Source: an uncultured Chloroflexia bacterium (GTDB lineage: Bacteria > Chloroflexota > Limnocylindria > Limnocylindrales > CSP1-4). From it: DNA of 64,000 nucleotides. Position 1 is the stretch's first letter. Each line of letters begins with the position of its first letter. The notes below the pieces were generated by a model. It saw only the letters and a list, made by a program, of their open reading frames with translations, had not been told where the DNA came from and ran no database searches. Positions 27,751 through 37,918 of this stretch are shown in pieces. The translations under genes and the position numbers were made by a program. The stretch spans positions 1,248,001 through 1,312,000 of the forward strand of contig CAVVJT010000010.1 in NCBI GenBank assembly GCA_963748625.1, given 5' to 3'.

Positions 27751-29448
27751 CTACGGCCTGGCGCTTGCCGTCACCAGGTGCTCTGCGCCCTGCTGGAGAC
27801 CCTCGTACAGCGCCTCGACCGTCGCCACCGTGTCCGCCTCGGAGGCCGGCTTGTCCGGGCGCAGCCGCGCGATCCGCGGGAACCGGAGCGCGAACCCGCT
27901 CTTGTGCCGCTTGGAGCGCATGATCACGTCGAAGGCGATCTCCACCACCACCGCCGGCTCCACCACCCGGTAGCGCCCGTGCTCGGACACCGTGTGCGCC
28001 TCGAACCAGCGCGTCATCTCCGCGATCTCGGCATCGGTCAGCCCCGTGTACGCCTTGCCGATGGTGACCAGGCGTCCGCCGGGCTCGTCCCAGACCGCGA
28101 AGGTGTAGTCCGACAGCACGCCGTGACGCTTGCCGTGGCCTACCTCCACGCCCACCACGACGCAGTCGATCGTTGCCAGGGCCTTCTTCATCTTCAGCCA
28201 GCCCAGACCGCGCCTGCCCGGCGTGTAGGTGGAGGTCGGGTCCTTGACCATGAGGCCCTCGTTGCGCCGGGCGCGCGCATCGGCAAAGGCGGCTTCCAGC
28301 CCGTCCACCGAGTCGACCGAGACCAGGTGTGAGAGTCCAAACCGGCCCCCGTCGGCCGCAAGCGGGAGCGCCAGGCCTTCGAGGCTGCGCCGGCGCTCGG
28401 CCAGCGGCGTGTCCAGCAGTGGCACCACGACGCCATCCCCATCCGCGTCGAGGCCCAGCACGTCCCAGGCCACGTGGATCACGGGCACGTCGGCCAGGAT
28501 CGTCGCCGACGGGTTCTTGCGGCCAAGCCGGGCCTGGAGCTGGAGGAACGGCAGCACCACGCCGTCCTTCCAGGCCAGCAGCTCCCCGTCGAGGATCCCG
28601 GACCACGGCAGGGCACGCGCACCCTCGACCACCTCCGGGAACTGGCCGCTGATGTCGTTGAGGTCGCGGGAGTACAGCCGTACCTCGTCGCCGGTGCGGT
28701 GGAGCTGGGCACGGATCCCGTCGTACTTGTCCTCCACCCAGACGACGGGTCCCAGGCGGGCCATGATCTCCGCAGCGTTCTCGGCGGGCGAGGCCAGCAT
28801 GAACTTGAGCGGGTGGAACAGGGCGAGCGCGGCCTCGCCCAGGCGGTCCTCGCGGGCCAGCACCGCCGTCCTGCCGACATCGCCCGTGAGCATGCCCGCC
28901 CGCTTCACCGCCTCGAGCGGACGGTCGAACGCCTTCGCGATGGCGGCCTCGAGCAGGCCCTCGCGCAACCCGATCCGCAGCTCCCCGCCCAGCACCTTGA
29001 TCACGGCGCCCGCCGTGCGTGGCGAGCAGCGGGCCAACAGCGCCTCCAGCAGGGCGGACTTCGCCGCGGTGCCGGATGCCGCCTCGATCGACCCGAGCGC
29101 CAGGCGGACCTCGTGCAGCGTCGGCTCGCCGGCCGGGTCAGGGGCGTGCCCGGCGTCGGCCAGCACCTCTGCCACGGCGGTGGCGACATCCGACGAGCGG
29201 TCGTAGGCGCGGCGCAGGGCGTCGTCGTCAGCTCCGGCCACGCGCAGGACGGCACCCGAGATCCCAGCCCAGCCGATGCCGACGGTGCGCTGGTCCGCCT
29301 CCGGGAACGGGCGCCCGGTCAGGAACACCGCGGCGACCGGGAGGTCGTCGGGCGGGAGGGACGCGAGGTACTCCGCGAGGATCTCCGTCTTGACCGATGT
29401 CCTCGTGGTGGCTGCCACGCGATCGGCCGTCTCGCTCCAGCGGCGCAT
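27751..29448 (-). CDS. ATP-dependent DNA ligase (LigB/LigI-like: DBD, adenylation and OB domains)
   Basis: VEDKYDGIRAQLH, ILDGEL, EGLMVKD, WLKMK, FALRFPRI motifs. Confidence 0.95.
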   Translation of the reverse strand: MRRWSETADRVAATTRTSVKTEILAEYLASLPPDDLPVAAVFLTGRPFPEADQRTVGIGWAGISGAVLRVAGADDDALRRAYDRSSDVATAVAEVLADAGHAPDPAGEPTLHEVRLALGSIEAASGTAAKSALLEALLARCSPRTAGAVIKVLGGELRIGLREGLLEAAIAKAFDRPLEAVKRAGMLTGDVGRTAVLAREDRLGEAALALFHPLKFMLASPAENAAEIMARLGPVVWVEDKYDGIRAQLHRTGDEVRLYSRDLNDISGQFPEVVEGARALPWSGILDGELLAWKDGVVLPFLQLQARLGRKNPSATILADVPVIHVAWDVLGLDADGDGVVVPLLDTPLAERRRSLEGLALPLAADGGRFGLSHLVSVDSVDGLEAAFADARARRNEGLMVKDPTSTYTPGRRGLGWLKMKKALATIDCVVVGVEVGHGKRHGVLSDYTFAVWDEPGGRLVTIGKAYTGLTDAEIAEMTRWFEAHTVSEHGRYRVVEPAVVVEIAFDVIMRSKRHKSGFALRFPRIARLRPDKPASEADTVATVEALYEGLQQGAEHLVTASARP

Positions 29449-29475
29449 GGGCGCGATGGTATAGGGTGAACGGCG

Positions 29476-30141
29476 ATGCTCCACCGTCGCTGGTTCCCGG
29501 AACAGCTCGTCGGCGAGACGGTCGTGCTTCGCCGGCATGTCCGCGACAACCTGCGCGACTTCCTGCGCTGGTACCAGGATCCGGAGGTGGCGCGGCTCAC
29601 GCGGTACCAGGACGGCCCGATGCGCCCCGATGAGATCGAGCGCTTCTTCATGCTCCGGGCGATGGGCCCGGATTCGCTCGCCATGGGCATCCACGTCCGG
29701 GCCACCGACCAGCTCATCGGGTCGTGCGCGTTCAGCCAGCTGGACGGCGACAACGGCTCGGTGCTGTTCCACATCACGATCGGCGAGCACGATGCCTGGG
29801 GCCACGGCTACGGCTCGGAGGCGACGGCGCTGATGGTGGACCACGCCTTCGGGTCGCTCGGGCTGCACCGCGTGGCGCTGACGGTGTTCGCGTTCAACGA
29901 GCGGGCGATCCGGTCCTACCAGAAGGTGGGCTTCGTGGTCGAAGGCTCGGCCCGCGAGGCGATCTGGCGCGACGGCCACTGGTGGGACGAGATCCATATG
30001 AGCGTGCTGGAGCCCGAATGGCGGTCCGCGCGCTGGCAGGCCCGCGCGGCCACTGACGGACGGCTGCCGGTGGCCGAGGACGACGCCGCCACGCCGACCC
30101 TGGTGCGCGACGCGGCCCCCGCCCGTGACTGGCACGCCTGA
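29476..30141 (+). CDS. GNAT N-acetyltransferase (RimJ/RimL family)
   Basis: AWGHGYGSEAT, LGLHRVALTVFAFNERAIRSYQKVGF. Confidence 0.9.
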   Translation: MLHRRWFPEQLVGETVVLRRHVRDNLRDFLRWYQDPEVARLTRYQDGPMRPDEIERFFMLRAMGPDSLAMGIHVRATDQLIGSCAFSQLDGDNGSVLFHITIGEHDAWGHGYGSEATALMVDHAFGSLGLHRVALTVFAFNERAIRSYQKVGFVVEGSAREAIWRDGHWWDEIHMSVLEPEWRSARWQARAATDGRLPVAEDDAATPTLVRDAAPARDWHA

Positions 30142-30142
30142 G

Positions 30143-30421
30143 ATGCCGAGCACCGGGCGCGAGGCCGAGGCCGCGCGCGCCGCCTTCCGCGAGGCGCTCG
30201 AGGCGAAGGGCCACAGCGTGGACATTGCGCGTGACGCGGTCGCCGGGCTGGACGCCGCCTTCGCGTCCGGCGCCCTGGTCCGGACGCCCGCGCTGGACGC
30301 GATGCTCGGGGACCTCGCGCTGGCAACGGACCGGGACGAGGGGCAGAAGTTGGGCGGCAAGTCGGCCGAGGCGGCCCGGTTCATCCTGGCGGCCATCTCG
30401 CGCGAGCTCGAGAACGCCTGA
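30143..30421 (+). CDS. Small hypothetical helical protein
   Basis: Follows the GNAT stop directly; coding-like composition. Confidence 0.65.
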   Translation: MPSTGREAEAARAAFREALEAKGHSVDIARDAVAGLDAAFASGALVRTPALDAMLGDLALATDRDEGQKLGGKSAEAARFILAAISRELENA

Positions 30422-30516
30422 CCGCCTGACCGCCTGACCGCCGGGACGCCGAAGGGAGGCCGGGGCGCTGGAAGGCAGGGCGCGGCCGTCCTCCGCTGAC
30501 CTCTCGCTGTCGCCTC

Positions 30517-30660
30517 CCTCCCAGCGGGCGCTGTGTGCGGGATTCGGCGCACCCGGCCCGGCCAGCGGGACGATCCGCCCCGATTCGGCCTGGCGGCACC
30601 CTGGCTGCCCGCTGGGCGGCAAGGACGGGCGAAATCCTGCGCGCACGGCCCGCCTGGCGG
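30517..30660. repeat. 144-bp palindromic intergenic element, copy 1
   Basis: Imperfect ~30-bp terminal inverted repeats; aligns without gaps to copies at 41153, 47077 and 54002. Confidence 0.85.
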
Positions 30661-30822
30661 CAGGCGGGGCGAGCGGGCGGCTTGGTGCGCGCACCGCCCG
30701 TGGGCAGGGCAGCAGGGCGGCTCCCGGAGCGACGACGGGAAGCCCCGCGCAGGGGCCGGCTCATGACCCCGCGCGCGACGCGTCCTCGACGCAAGACCAC
30801 CAAGAACCTGCCGGACGGGGCG

Positions 30823-31302
30823 TCAGCTCGAGCGGGGACGGGCCTCCCGCGCGGCAGCACGGGCTGCGAGCCCAAGCAGGCATGCGGCCACGAGGCTCGC
30901 CGCGCTGGGGATGGCGGTGACCACGAGGATGTCGGGTGGAGCGCCCGAGGAGAACGCCACCAGCACCGGGATCACGCCCACGAGCATGCAGGCTCCCGCG
31001 ATGCCTGCCGCCACAAGAAGTGCCACCTCACCGGGTCGCACCAGCGCCCAGATGCCGGCAACCAGCGGGACCACCCCGCACCCCGTGATCGCGATGCCCA
31101 TGGTCCCGCCGACCGCCCCCATGACCGAGTTGAGGAGCTGCACGCCTCCGTCAGTCGATCCGCCGTCGTCGACGAGCGGGAGGAATACGACGACGATCGC
31201 GATCCCGCCGACCGTGAGCGCCATGCCCAGCGCCGCAAGGACGGTCGCGCCAGCGGGTCCGGCCCACCTTCGGGGCCGATGCCGCCTGTCGGGATCCGGC
31301 AT
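30823..31302 (-). CDS. Hypothetical four-TM membrane protein
   Basis: GAGGAGG RBS; four hydrophobic helices. Confidence 0.65.
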   Translation of the reverse strand: MPDPDRRHRPRRWAGPAGATVLAALGMALTVGGIAIVVVFLPLVDDGGSTDGGVQLLNSVMGAVGGTMGIAITGCGVVPLVAGIWALVRPGEVALLVAAGIAGACMLVGVIPVLVAFSSGAPPDILVVTAIPSAASLVAACLLGLAARAAAREARPRSS

Positions 31303-31469
31303 TGCGAAGCACCTCCTCGCCACGGTGCCGCCACTGCGGTACCCGGATCGTGCCCTTCGCAACGTGGCCGGAGTGAGAGGCGTTGGTCACGAGTCGCGCC
31401 CGAGCCGCAGGCGTCACAATCACGAGTGCCACCACTCGAGACCACCTGACCTGAAACTGGAGATCGCCC

Positions 31470-32420
31470 GTGACCGACCTCAAGATCGGCGCCAACCTCT
31501 GGAGCCAGCGCACCAGCTGGGCCGACTTCCTTGCCGCCGCCCAGCTCGTGGACCGCCTCGGCTACCGCAGCCTGTGGACGTGGGACCACATCCACGCGAT
31601 CTTCGGGGATCCGCTCCAGGACATCTTCGAGGCGTACACCACGCTCGGCGCCTGGGCCCAGGCCACGCAGCAGGTCCAGATCGGCCTGATGGTCGGCGCC
31701 AACACCTTCCGGAACCCTGGCCTCGTCGCCAAGAGCATCGCCACGCTCGACCACATCTCGGGTGGGCGCGCGATCCTGGGCATCGGCGGCGCCTGGTTCG
31801 AGTACGAGCACACCGCGCACGGGATCGACTTCGGCTCCGGCTTCGGGCAGCGGCTTGACTGGCTCGACGAGTCGGTGGCGGCGATGACGGCGCTGCTGGG
31901 TGGCGGCACCGTCACGAGCGAGACCGACGGCCACTACGCCTTCAAGGACCTGCGCCACAACCCGCTGCCGGTGCGTGCGAAGGTGCCCGTGATGATCGGC
32001 GGCACGGGGCGCAAGAAGACGCTGCGTACCATCGCGAAGTACGGCGACCAGTGGAACGCCTTCGGCACGCCCGAGCAGCTGGCGGAGCTCGATGGTGTCC
32101 TGCGGGAGCACTGTGCGGTGGTCGGGCGCGACCACCGGGAGATCGAACGCACCGTGAACCTGTGGATCGTGGTCCGCGACGACCCGGACGAGGCCGAGCG
32201 CGTCTGGGGCGAGGCCATGGCCCACAACGACGTGCCGCGCGAGGAGTGGACCGAGGAGTCCCGCCCGATCCTGGGCTCTCCGGAGCAGGTGGCGGCACGG
32301 CTGCGCGAGTACGTCGCCGCGGGCTTCGACGGGCTGATCGCCGAGATCCCGTCCCCCTTCGACCACGAGACCATCGAGCGGCTGATGGGCGAGGTGAAGC
32401 CGCTCGTCGACGCCGGCTGA
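31470..32420 (+). CDS. LLM-class flavin (probably F420)-dependent oxidoreductase
   Basis: LWTWDH, FRNPGLVAKSIATLDHISGGRAILGIGGAW, MIGGTG. Confidence 0.92.
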   Translation: MTDLKIGANLWSQRTSWADFLAAAQLVDRLGYRSLWTWDHIHAIFGDPLQDIFEAYTTLGAWAQATQQVQIGLMVGANTFRNPGLVAKSIATLDHISGGRAILGIGGAWFEYEHTAHGIDFGSGFGQRLDWLDESVAAMTALLGGGTVTSETDGHYAFKDLRHNPLPVRAKVPVMIGGTGRKKTLRTIAKYGDQWNAFGTPEQLAELDGVLREHCAVVGRDHREIERTVNLWIVVRDDPDEAERVWGEAMAHNDVPREEWTEESRPILGSPEQVAARLREYVAAGFDGLIAEIPSPFDHETIERLMGEVKPLVDAG

Positions 32421-32425
32421 GGCGC

Positions 32426-33613
32426 ATGGCTGCGACGGTCGAGTTCGACCACGTCTCCAAGTCCTATGCCGCAGCGGCGAAGGACGGGGCGAAAGCGGGC
32501 ACGCCCGTCACACCCGGCGCCGTCAACGACCTGAGCCTGGCGATCCCGGCCGGCAGGATCTGCGTCCTGGTGGGGCCGTCGGGCTGCGGCAAGACCACGT
32601 CGCTCAAGATGGTCAACCGGCTCATCGAGCCCACATCGGGCCGCATCCTGCTCGACGGGGTCGACGTCACCACGCGTGACCTGACCGAGCTCCGCCGCGG
32701 CATCGGCTATGTCATCCAACAGACCGGCCTGTTCCCCCACCAGACGGTCCACGAGAACGTGGCGACCGTGCCGCGGCTCCTCGGCTGGTCCCGGCAGCGC
32801 CAGTCGGCCCGGGCGGACGAGCTGCTCGCGATGGTGGGGCTGGAGCCGGGCGCCTATGCCGGGCGCTATCCGGCCGAGCTGTCAGGTGGCGAGCGGCAGC
32901 GCGTGGGGGTCGCGCGGGCGCTGGCCGCGGATCCGCCGGTGATGCTCATGGACGAGCCGTTCGGCGCCGTGGACCCGATCGTCCGTGAACACCTCCAGAA
33001 CGAGTTCCTGCGCCTGCAGGAGCAGCTCGCCAAGACCATCCTGTTCGTGACCCACGACATCGACGAGGCGATCAAGATGGGCGACCTGGTCGCGGTCCTC
33101 ACGACCGGGGGCGTCGTCGCGCAGGTGGGCACGCCGTCCGAGATCCTGGCCCGGCCGGCGTCGGAGTTCGTGGCCCGCTTCGTGGGCACCGATCGCGGGC
33201 TCAAGCGCCTCGCGCTCTACCGGGTCGGCGATATGCCGCTCACGCCCGTGATCACCGCGCGGGTGGGCGACAACGGGACGATGATCCGGCGCCTGGCCGC
33301 CGACGACCCGTGGGACTACGTGCTGGTCACGGACGAGGAACACCGGCCGCTCGGCTGGCTGCACCGTGACCACATCCCGCCCGACACGCTCACGGCGGAG
33401 CACGTCGAGGGCACCTCGCCCCTCGTGGACCGCCGGACCACGCTCAAGGATGCGCTCTCGATGCTCCTCGACGCGGATGTGCAGGCCGGGGTGGTCGTGG
33501 ACCGCAACGGCGCGGTCCGGGGCATGGTCCGCGTGCCGGACGTGGTGGCCTGGTCGCGCGGCCAGGGGCTTGCGGCGCTCGACCCGGATCCGGCCGGAGG
33601 CACGGACGGGTGA
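32426..33613 (+). CDS. Osmoprotectant ABC transporter ATP-binding protein (OpuCA/ProV-like, CBS domains)
   Basis: GPSGCGKTT, LSGGERQRVGVARALAADP, MDEPFGAVDP, C-terminal CBS-like region. Confidence 0.95.
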   Translation: MAATVEFDHVSKSYAAAAKDGAKAGTPVTPGAVNDLSLAIPAGRICVLVGPSGCGKTTSLKMVNRLIEPTSGRILLDGVDVTTRDLTELRRGIGYVIQQTGLFPHQTVHENVATVPRLLGWSRQRQSARADELLAMVGLEPGAYAGRYPAELSGGERQRVGVARALAADPPVMLMDEPFGAVDPIVREHLQNEFLRLQEQLAKTILFVTHDIDEAIKMGDLVAVLTTGGVVAQVGTPSEILARPASEFVARFVGTDRGLKRLALYRVGDMPLTPVITARVGDNGTMIRRLAADDPWDYVLVTDEEHRPLGWLHRDHIPPDTLTAEHVEGTSPLVDRRTTLKDALSMLLDADVQAGVVVDRNGAVRGMVRVPDVVAWSRGQGLAALDPDPAGGTDG

Positions 33614-34314
33614 TCGACTGGGGCTGGATCGCCGGCCACCTCGACGACATCCTGGGCCTCCTCCTGCAGCACCTCGTCCTGGTGGCCGTCCCGCTCGCCG
33701 CGGGGTTCGCCCTGAGCCTGGCGCTGGCGATCCAGGCCGTCCGCCACCCGGCGATCTACGGACCCGTCACCGCACTCACCGGCATCCTCTACACGATCCC
33801 CAGCCTCGCGGCGTTCGCGCTGCTGGTGCCGGTGTTCTCGTTCAGCTACCTCACGGCGTTCATTCCGCTGACCACCTACACGCTGCTGATCCTGTTCCGG
33901 AACATCGTGGCCGGGCTGGAGGGCGTGCCTTCCGATGTCCTCGAGGCCGCCGACGCCATGGGCTACCACGGCCGGCAGCGCCTGTGGCGCGTGGAGATGC
34001 CGCTCGCGATACCGCTCACGATGGCCGGCCTGCGGCTTGCGGCGGTGACGCTCATCGGCCTGGCGACGGTCGTGTCGATCCTGGGGTCGGGCTTCGGCGG
34101 GCTGGGCCTGCTCATCACGGACGGCCTCCAGACCTTCTTCCCCACCAAGTACCTGCTGGGCGGCCTCCTCTCGGTCGCGCTGGCGCTCGTCGTGGACTGG
34201 CTGCTGGTCCGCGCCGAGCGGTGGATCACCCCGTGGGCCCGGGGCGGGTCGGGGCGGGCGGGCGGGACGGGGCGGGCGGCCGAGGCCGGGCCCGGGCGGG
34301 CGGCAGGCGCATGA
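33610..34314 (+). CDS. Osmoprotectant ABC transporter permease
   Basis: LYTIPSLA; EAADAMG (EAA loop). Confidence 0.93.
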   Translation: MIDWGWIAGHLDDILGLLLQHLVLVAVPLAAGFALSLALAIQAVRHPAIYGPVTALTGILYTIPSLAAFALLVPVFSFSYLTAFIPLTTYTLLILFRNIVAGLEGVPSDVLEAADAMGYHGRQRLWRVEMPLAIPLTMAGLRLAAVTLIGLATVVSILGSGFGGLGLLITDGLQTFFPTKYLLGGLLSVALALVVDWLLVRAERWITPWARGGSGRAGGTGRAAEAGPGRAAGA

Positions 34315-35051
34315 ACGAGCTGGTCGCCTGGCTCACCAACCCCGCGAGCTGGCAGGGCGCCGAGGGCATCCCCTTCCGCATGCTCGAGCACGTGCTGATC
34401 GCAGCAGCCTCCATCCTCGCCGCCACCGCGATCGCCCTCCCGGCAGGCCTGTGGATCGGTCACACGGGCCGGGGGGCCGGAATCGCCATCAACGTGAGCA
34501 ACATCGGGCGGGCCGTGCCGTCGTACGCGGTCATCGTGATGGTCCTGCCGATCTCGCTGGCCATCTCACCTGACTACGGCCTCGATCTCATACCGACCTT
34601 CGTGGCGATGGTGATCCTGGCCATCCCGCCGATCCTGATCAATGCGTTCGCGGGTCTGCAGGCGGTGGACCGGGACCTGCTCGAGGCCGGCCGCGGCATG
34701 GGCCTCACCGAGCGCCAGGTGCTGCGGGACATCGAGCTGCCGCTGGCGGCGCCGCTCATCATCGGCGGCTTCCGGACTGCCACGCTCAACGTCATCGCGA
34801 CGGCGACCATCGGCGCTGTCGTCGGCTTCGGCGGTCTGGGCGCGTTCATCCTGGGCGGACGGGCGAAGGGCGTTGCCGGCCTGGGCGAGCTGATCGGCGG
34901 GGCGATCCTGGTCACGCTGCTCGCGATCACCGTGGACCTGCTCCTGGCGTGGGCGCAGCGCCGGGCGGCCCGGCGCGCCGACCGCAGGATCGGACCAGCC
35001 CGCGACTTCCGCGACCTGTCCGGGATTCCCGTTCCCCAGTTCATCCCGTGA
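34311..35051 (+). CDS. Osmoprotectant ABC transporter permease
   Basis: GRAVPS, LAIPPIL, EAGRGMG...IELPLA. Confidence 0.93.
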   Translation: MNELVAWLTNPASWQGAEGIPFRMLEHVLIAAASILAATAIALPAGLWIGHTGRGAGIAINVSNIGRAVPSYAVIVMVLPISLAISPDYGLDLIPTFVAMVILAIPPILINAFAGLQAVDRDLLEAGRGMGLTERQVLRDIELPLAAPLIIGGFRTATLNVIATATIGAVVGFGGLGAFILGGRAKGVAGLGELIGGAILVTLLAITVDLLLAWAQRRAARRADRRIGPARDFRDLSGIPVPQFIP

Positions 35052-35140
35052 CCCGTCGCGCGCCCTTCCCGGGCTGGCGCGATACGCTGGCCGTGCGCCC
35101 CTCCCTCGGGGCGCCGCGTCATGCACAGGAAGGGGACCCA

Positions 35141-36046
35141 ATGCGGTTTTCCCGCGCGCTCGCCCTCGGGGCGGCGATGCTGGTGGCGCTCGCCGCCTGC
35201 TCGTCGGGAGGGGGCAGCAAGCCCGAGGTCAAGATCGGCTCGGACAACTTCTACGAGTCCAAGCTGGTGGCCGAGATGTTCGCCCAGGCCCTCGAGGCCG
35301 ACGGCTACACGGTCACCCGCAACCTCGGGATCGGCGCCCGCCAGGTGCGCCAGCCCGCCCTCGAGCAGGGGCAGATCGACATCTCGCCCGAGTACGTCGG
35401 CTCAGGCCTGGGCTACTACGACGCCAAGAAGACCACCGGCGACGCGAACGCCAACCAGATGGCCCTCGCGGCCGCGCTCAAGCCCAAGGGGATCGCCGTC
35501 GTCGGGCTCTCGCCCGGTGAGGACGCGAACGCCGGGGTCGTCCGCAAGGAGACCGCCGACCAGTACGGCCTCACGAAGATGAGCGATCTCGCCGCGGTCC
35601 AGGACGAGCTCAAGTGGGGCATCACGCCCGATTGCGACGCGAACCCGCTGTGCAAGGATGCGCTTGAGGCGTACGGGATCACCTACCCGCCGAAGAATGC
35701 CGAGCGGCTGGCCGCGTGTGACGCGCCCATCGCAGAGGCCCTCAACGGCAAGGGCGTGGACTTCGCGTGGCTCTGCTCCACGCAGCCGGCCATCGCGCAG
35801 TTCGGCTTCGTGGCGCTCGAGGACGATAAGGACACGCAGCCGGCCGAGAACATGACCGCGCTCGTCCGCGACGACCTGCTCGCCAAGGTGGGCGACAAGG
35901 CCGCATTCGGGAAGCGTCTCGACGATGTGCTGCGCCTGCTCACGACCGAGGAGCTGACGGCGCTCGGCGTGAAGGTCGCGGTGGAGCAGCAGGACGTCGC
36001 CGACGTCGCCAAGGCGTTCCTCACCGAGAACGGCCTGCTCAAGTAG
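35141..36046 (+). CDS. Glycine betaine/choline ABC transporter substrate-binding lipoprotein
   Basis: Lipobox LAAC, IGSDNFYES, PEYVGS, LEDDK. Confidence 0.92.
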   Translation: MRFSRALALGAAMLVALAACSSGGGSKPEVKIGSDNFYESKLVAEMFAQALEADGYTVTRNLGIGARQVRQPALEQGQIDISPEYVGSGLGYYDAKKTTGDANANQMALAAALKPKGIAVVGLSPGEDANAGVVRKETADQYGLTKMSDLAAVQDELKWGITPDCDANPLCKDALEAYGITYPPKNAERLAACDAPIAEALNGKGVDFAWLCSTQPAIAQFGFVALEDDKDTQPAENMTALVRDDLLAKVGDKAAFGKRLDDVLRLLTTEELTALGVKVAVEQQDVADVAKAFLTENGLLK

Positions 36047-36066
36047 CGCGCCCCTGAGGCTGCGGG

Positions 36067-36792
36067 TCAGCGCAGGTCGAGGAAGTCGAGCAGCGCCGCA
36101 CCCTCGCTCCAGCGCGCCGGTGCGTCATGGGCAAGCCGTGACGCCTCGTGGCGCACCCAGCCGGCGACCTCCGGGTCGGCGTCGGCAAGGCGGCGGCTGG
36201 ACCGGAGCCGCTCCACCGAGTGGCCAAGGAAGAGCGCGTACAGGGCCTCGGGCGAGGCCTCGGCGACGCGCGCCTCTGCGCCCTCCTGGTAGTCGATCGG
36301 GACCATCAGGCGCGCGAAGAACGCCCCGATCTCGTCCACCAGCGGGTCCACACCCTGCGAGTGTCCGGCCCACCGCACGATCGGGGCGGGAGAGGTGAAC
36401 GCGACGTACACCGACCGGCCATCGACGGCATCAGCGAGCAGCGTCCCCCCGAAGCCGAGGAACTGGTTGCTCACCGGGATCCGGTCGGTGACGTGGATCG
36501 GTCCCCACGACCAGGGCCTGGTGGTGGGCACCGGCGTCTTGAGCGTGAGGCTGGCGAGGCGCCCGCGTCCGCCGCGGGCCTCCCAGAACGTGATCTCCTC
36601 GGGATCGAAGTGCGTCAGGGTGGGCACGTCGCGCAGTCCGACGAGCAGCCGCGGACCGGGTCGGGTCCCAGGCAGGGAGCCGTCGCGAAGCTCGAAGCCC
36701 AGGCGCGCGAGCTCCTGCACGGTCTGCGCGAGCCAGTCCCCACCCCAGTCCATCGCCCCCGGCCAGGGGCGCGAAGCGCCTAGCGTCCCCAT
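36067..36792 (-). CDS. Conserved hypothetical protein
   Basis: TGATG coupling to the flippase gene; globular coding-like sequence (HFDPE, WSWG, GHSQ). Confidence 0.75.
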   Translation of the reverse strand: MGTLGASRPWPGAMDWGGDWLAQTVQELARLGFELRDGSLPGTRPGPRLLVGLRDVPTLTHFDPEEITFWEARGGRGRLASLTLKTPVPTTRPWSWGPIHVTDRIPVSNQFLGFGGTLLADAVDGRSVYVAFTSPAPIVRWAGHSQGVDPLVDEIGAFFARLMVPIDYQEGAEARVAEASPEALYALFLGHSVERLRSSRRLADADPEVAGWVRHEASRLAHDAPARWSEGAALLDFLDLR

Positions 36793-37916
36793 CACGTGTC
36801 CTGTGCTGCGGCAATCGGAGGCACCCCAACCCCCGGATCCCCCGTATCGTCGATCGCCGGGGACGCGGGCACATGGGCCGTATGGGTCCCCGCGGCGGGC
36901 TGTCCGGCGTCGTGGGCAGCGTCGTCGTCGTCGTCCTTGTGCCCGGTGGGGGCGTGGCCCGGCACCAGGTGTCGGCGCCCACCCGTCACGAACGCGATCG
37001 CGCCGCCGATCGAGGTGACCAGCAGCACCGTGACGTGCACCAGGATCCCGAAGGCCAGTGCCTGGTCGGCGGGAATGCTCACCGAGGTCGCGATGGTCAC
37101 CACCGCCAGCTCGAACGTGCCCACGTAGCCCGGCGCCGCCGGGATCGCGGTCGCGAGGTTCGTGCCGGCAGCGAGCAGCGCCGCCTGGCCCATCGTCGGC
37201 TCGATGCCCACCGCCTGCGCCGCGGCGGCGAAGGCAAGCACCGTCAGCGACCAGGACGCGATCGAGAGGATGACCGCGAGGATCATCGTGCGCAGGTTGC
37301 CCACGACCGCGAGGCCCGCGCGAAGTCGCACGAGCGCGCGGTGGATGCCGGGCCAGCGGTCAAGCCAGGCCCGTACGCGGTCGGCGCCGGGAAGCCGGTG
37401 GGCCGCCATGCCCACGGCAATTCCGACCACGAGCAGCGCGGTCAGGGCGAAGCCCACCAGCACGGCCGAGGCCACAATCCCGCGGACGGACAGGACGAGG
37501 ATGGCAACCGCCGCGATCGACACGACCACCATCGTGTCCACCACCCGCTCGATTACGATCGTGCCCAGGATCGTGGAGCGCGAGATCCCCGTCCGGGCAC
37601 CGAGGTCATGGCTGCGGACAAGCTCGCCAAGGCGGGCCGGGAGCACGTTGTTGGCCAGGTAGCCCACCAGGAGAGCGGCCAGCACCGGGCGGAAGGGCAG
37701 CTTCGCGACGGGCGCCAGGAGCACCCGCCAGCGGACCGCACGCAGCAGGATGTCGCCGATCACGAACAGCACGAGGAGCGCCACCCATGCCGGGTTCGCG
37801 TTCCGGAGCGCGTCCCAGGCTGCCGCGAGGTCCACGTTCCGGACGACGAGGACCAGCGCGACGACCGAGATCAGCAGGCCGAGTGCCGCGCGACCCAGCC
37901 CGCGTGTGGAGGTCAC
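36792..37916 (-). CDS. Lysylphosphatidylglycerol-synthase TM domain / flippase-like protein (UPF0104)
   Basis: LRAVRWRVLL, NNVLPARLGELVR, IERVVD, IPAAPGYVGTFE. Confidence 0.9.
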   Translation of the reverse strand: MTSTRGLGRAALGLLISVVALVLVVRNVDLAAAWDALRNANPAWVALLVLFVIGDILLRAVRWRVLLAPVAKLPFRPVLAALLVGYLANNVLPARLGELVRSHDLGARTGISRSTILGTIVIERVVDTMVVVSIAAVAILVLSVRGIVASAVLVGFALTALLVVGIAVGMAAHRLPGADRVRAWLDRWPGIHRALVRLRAGLAVVGNLRTMILAVILSIASWSLTVLAFAAAAQAVGIEPTMGQAALLAAGTNLATAIPAAPGYVGTFELAVVTIATSVSIPADQALAFGILVHVTVLLVTSIGGAIAFVTGGRRHLVPGHAPTGHKDDDDDAAHDAGQPAAGTHTAHVPASPAIDDTGDPGVGVPPIAAAQDT

Positions 37917-37918
37917 GA

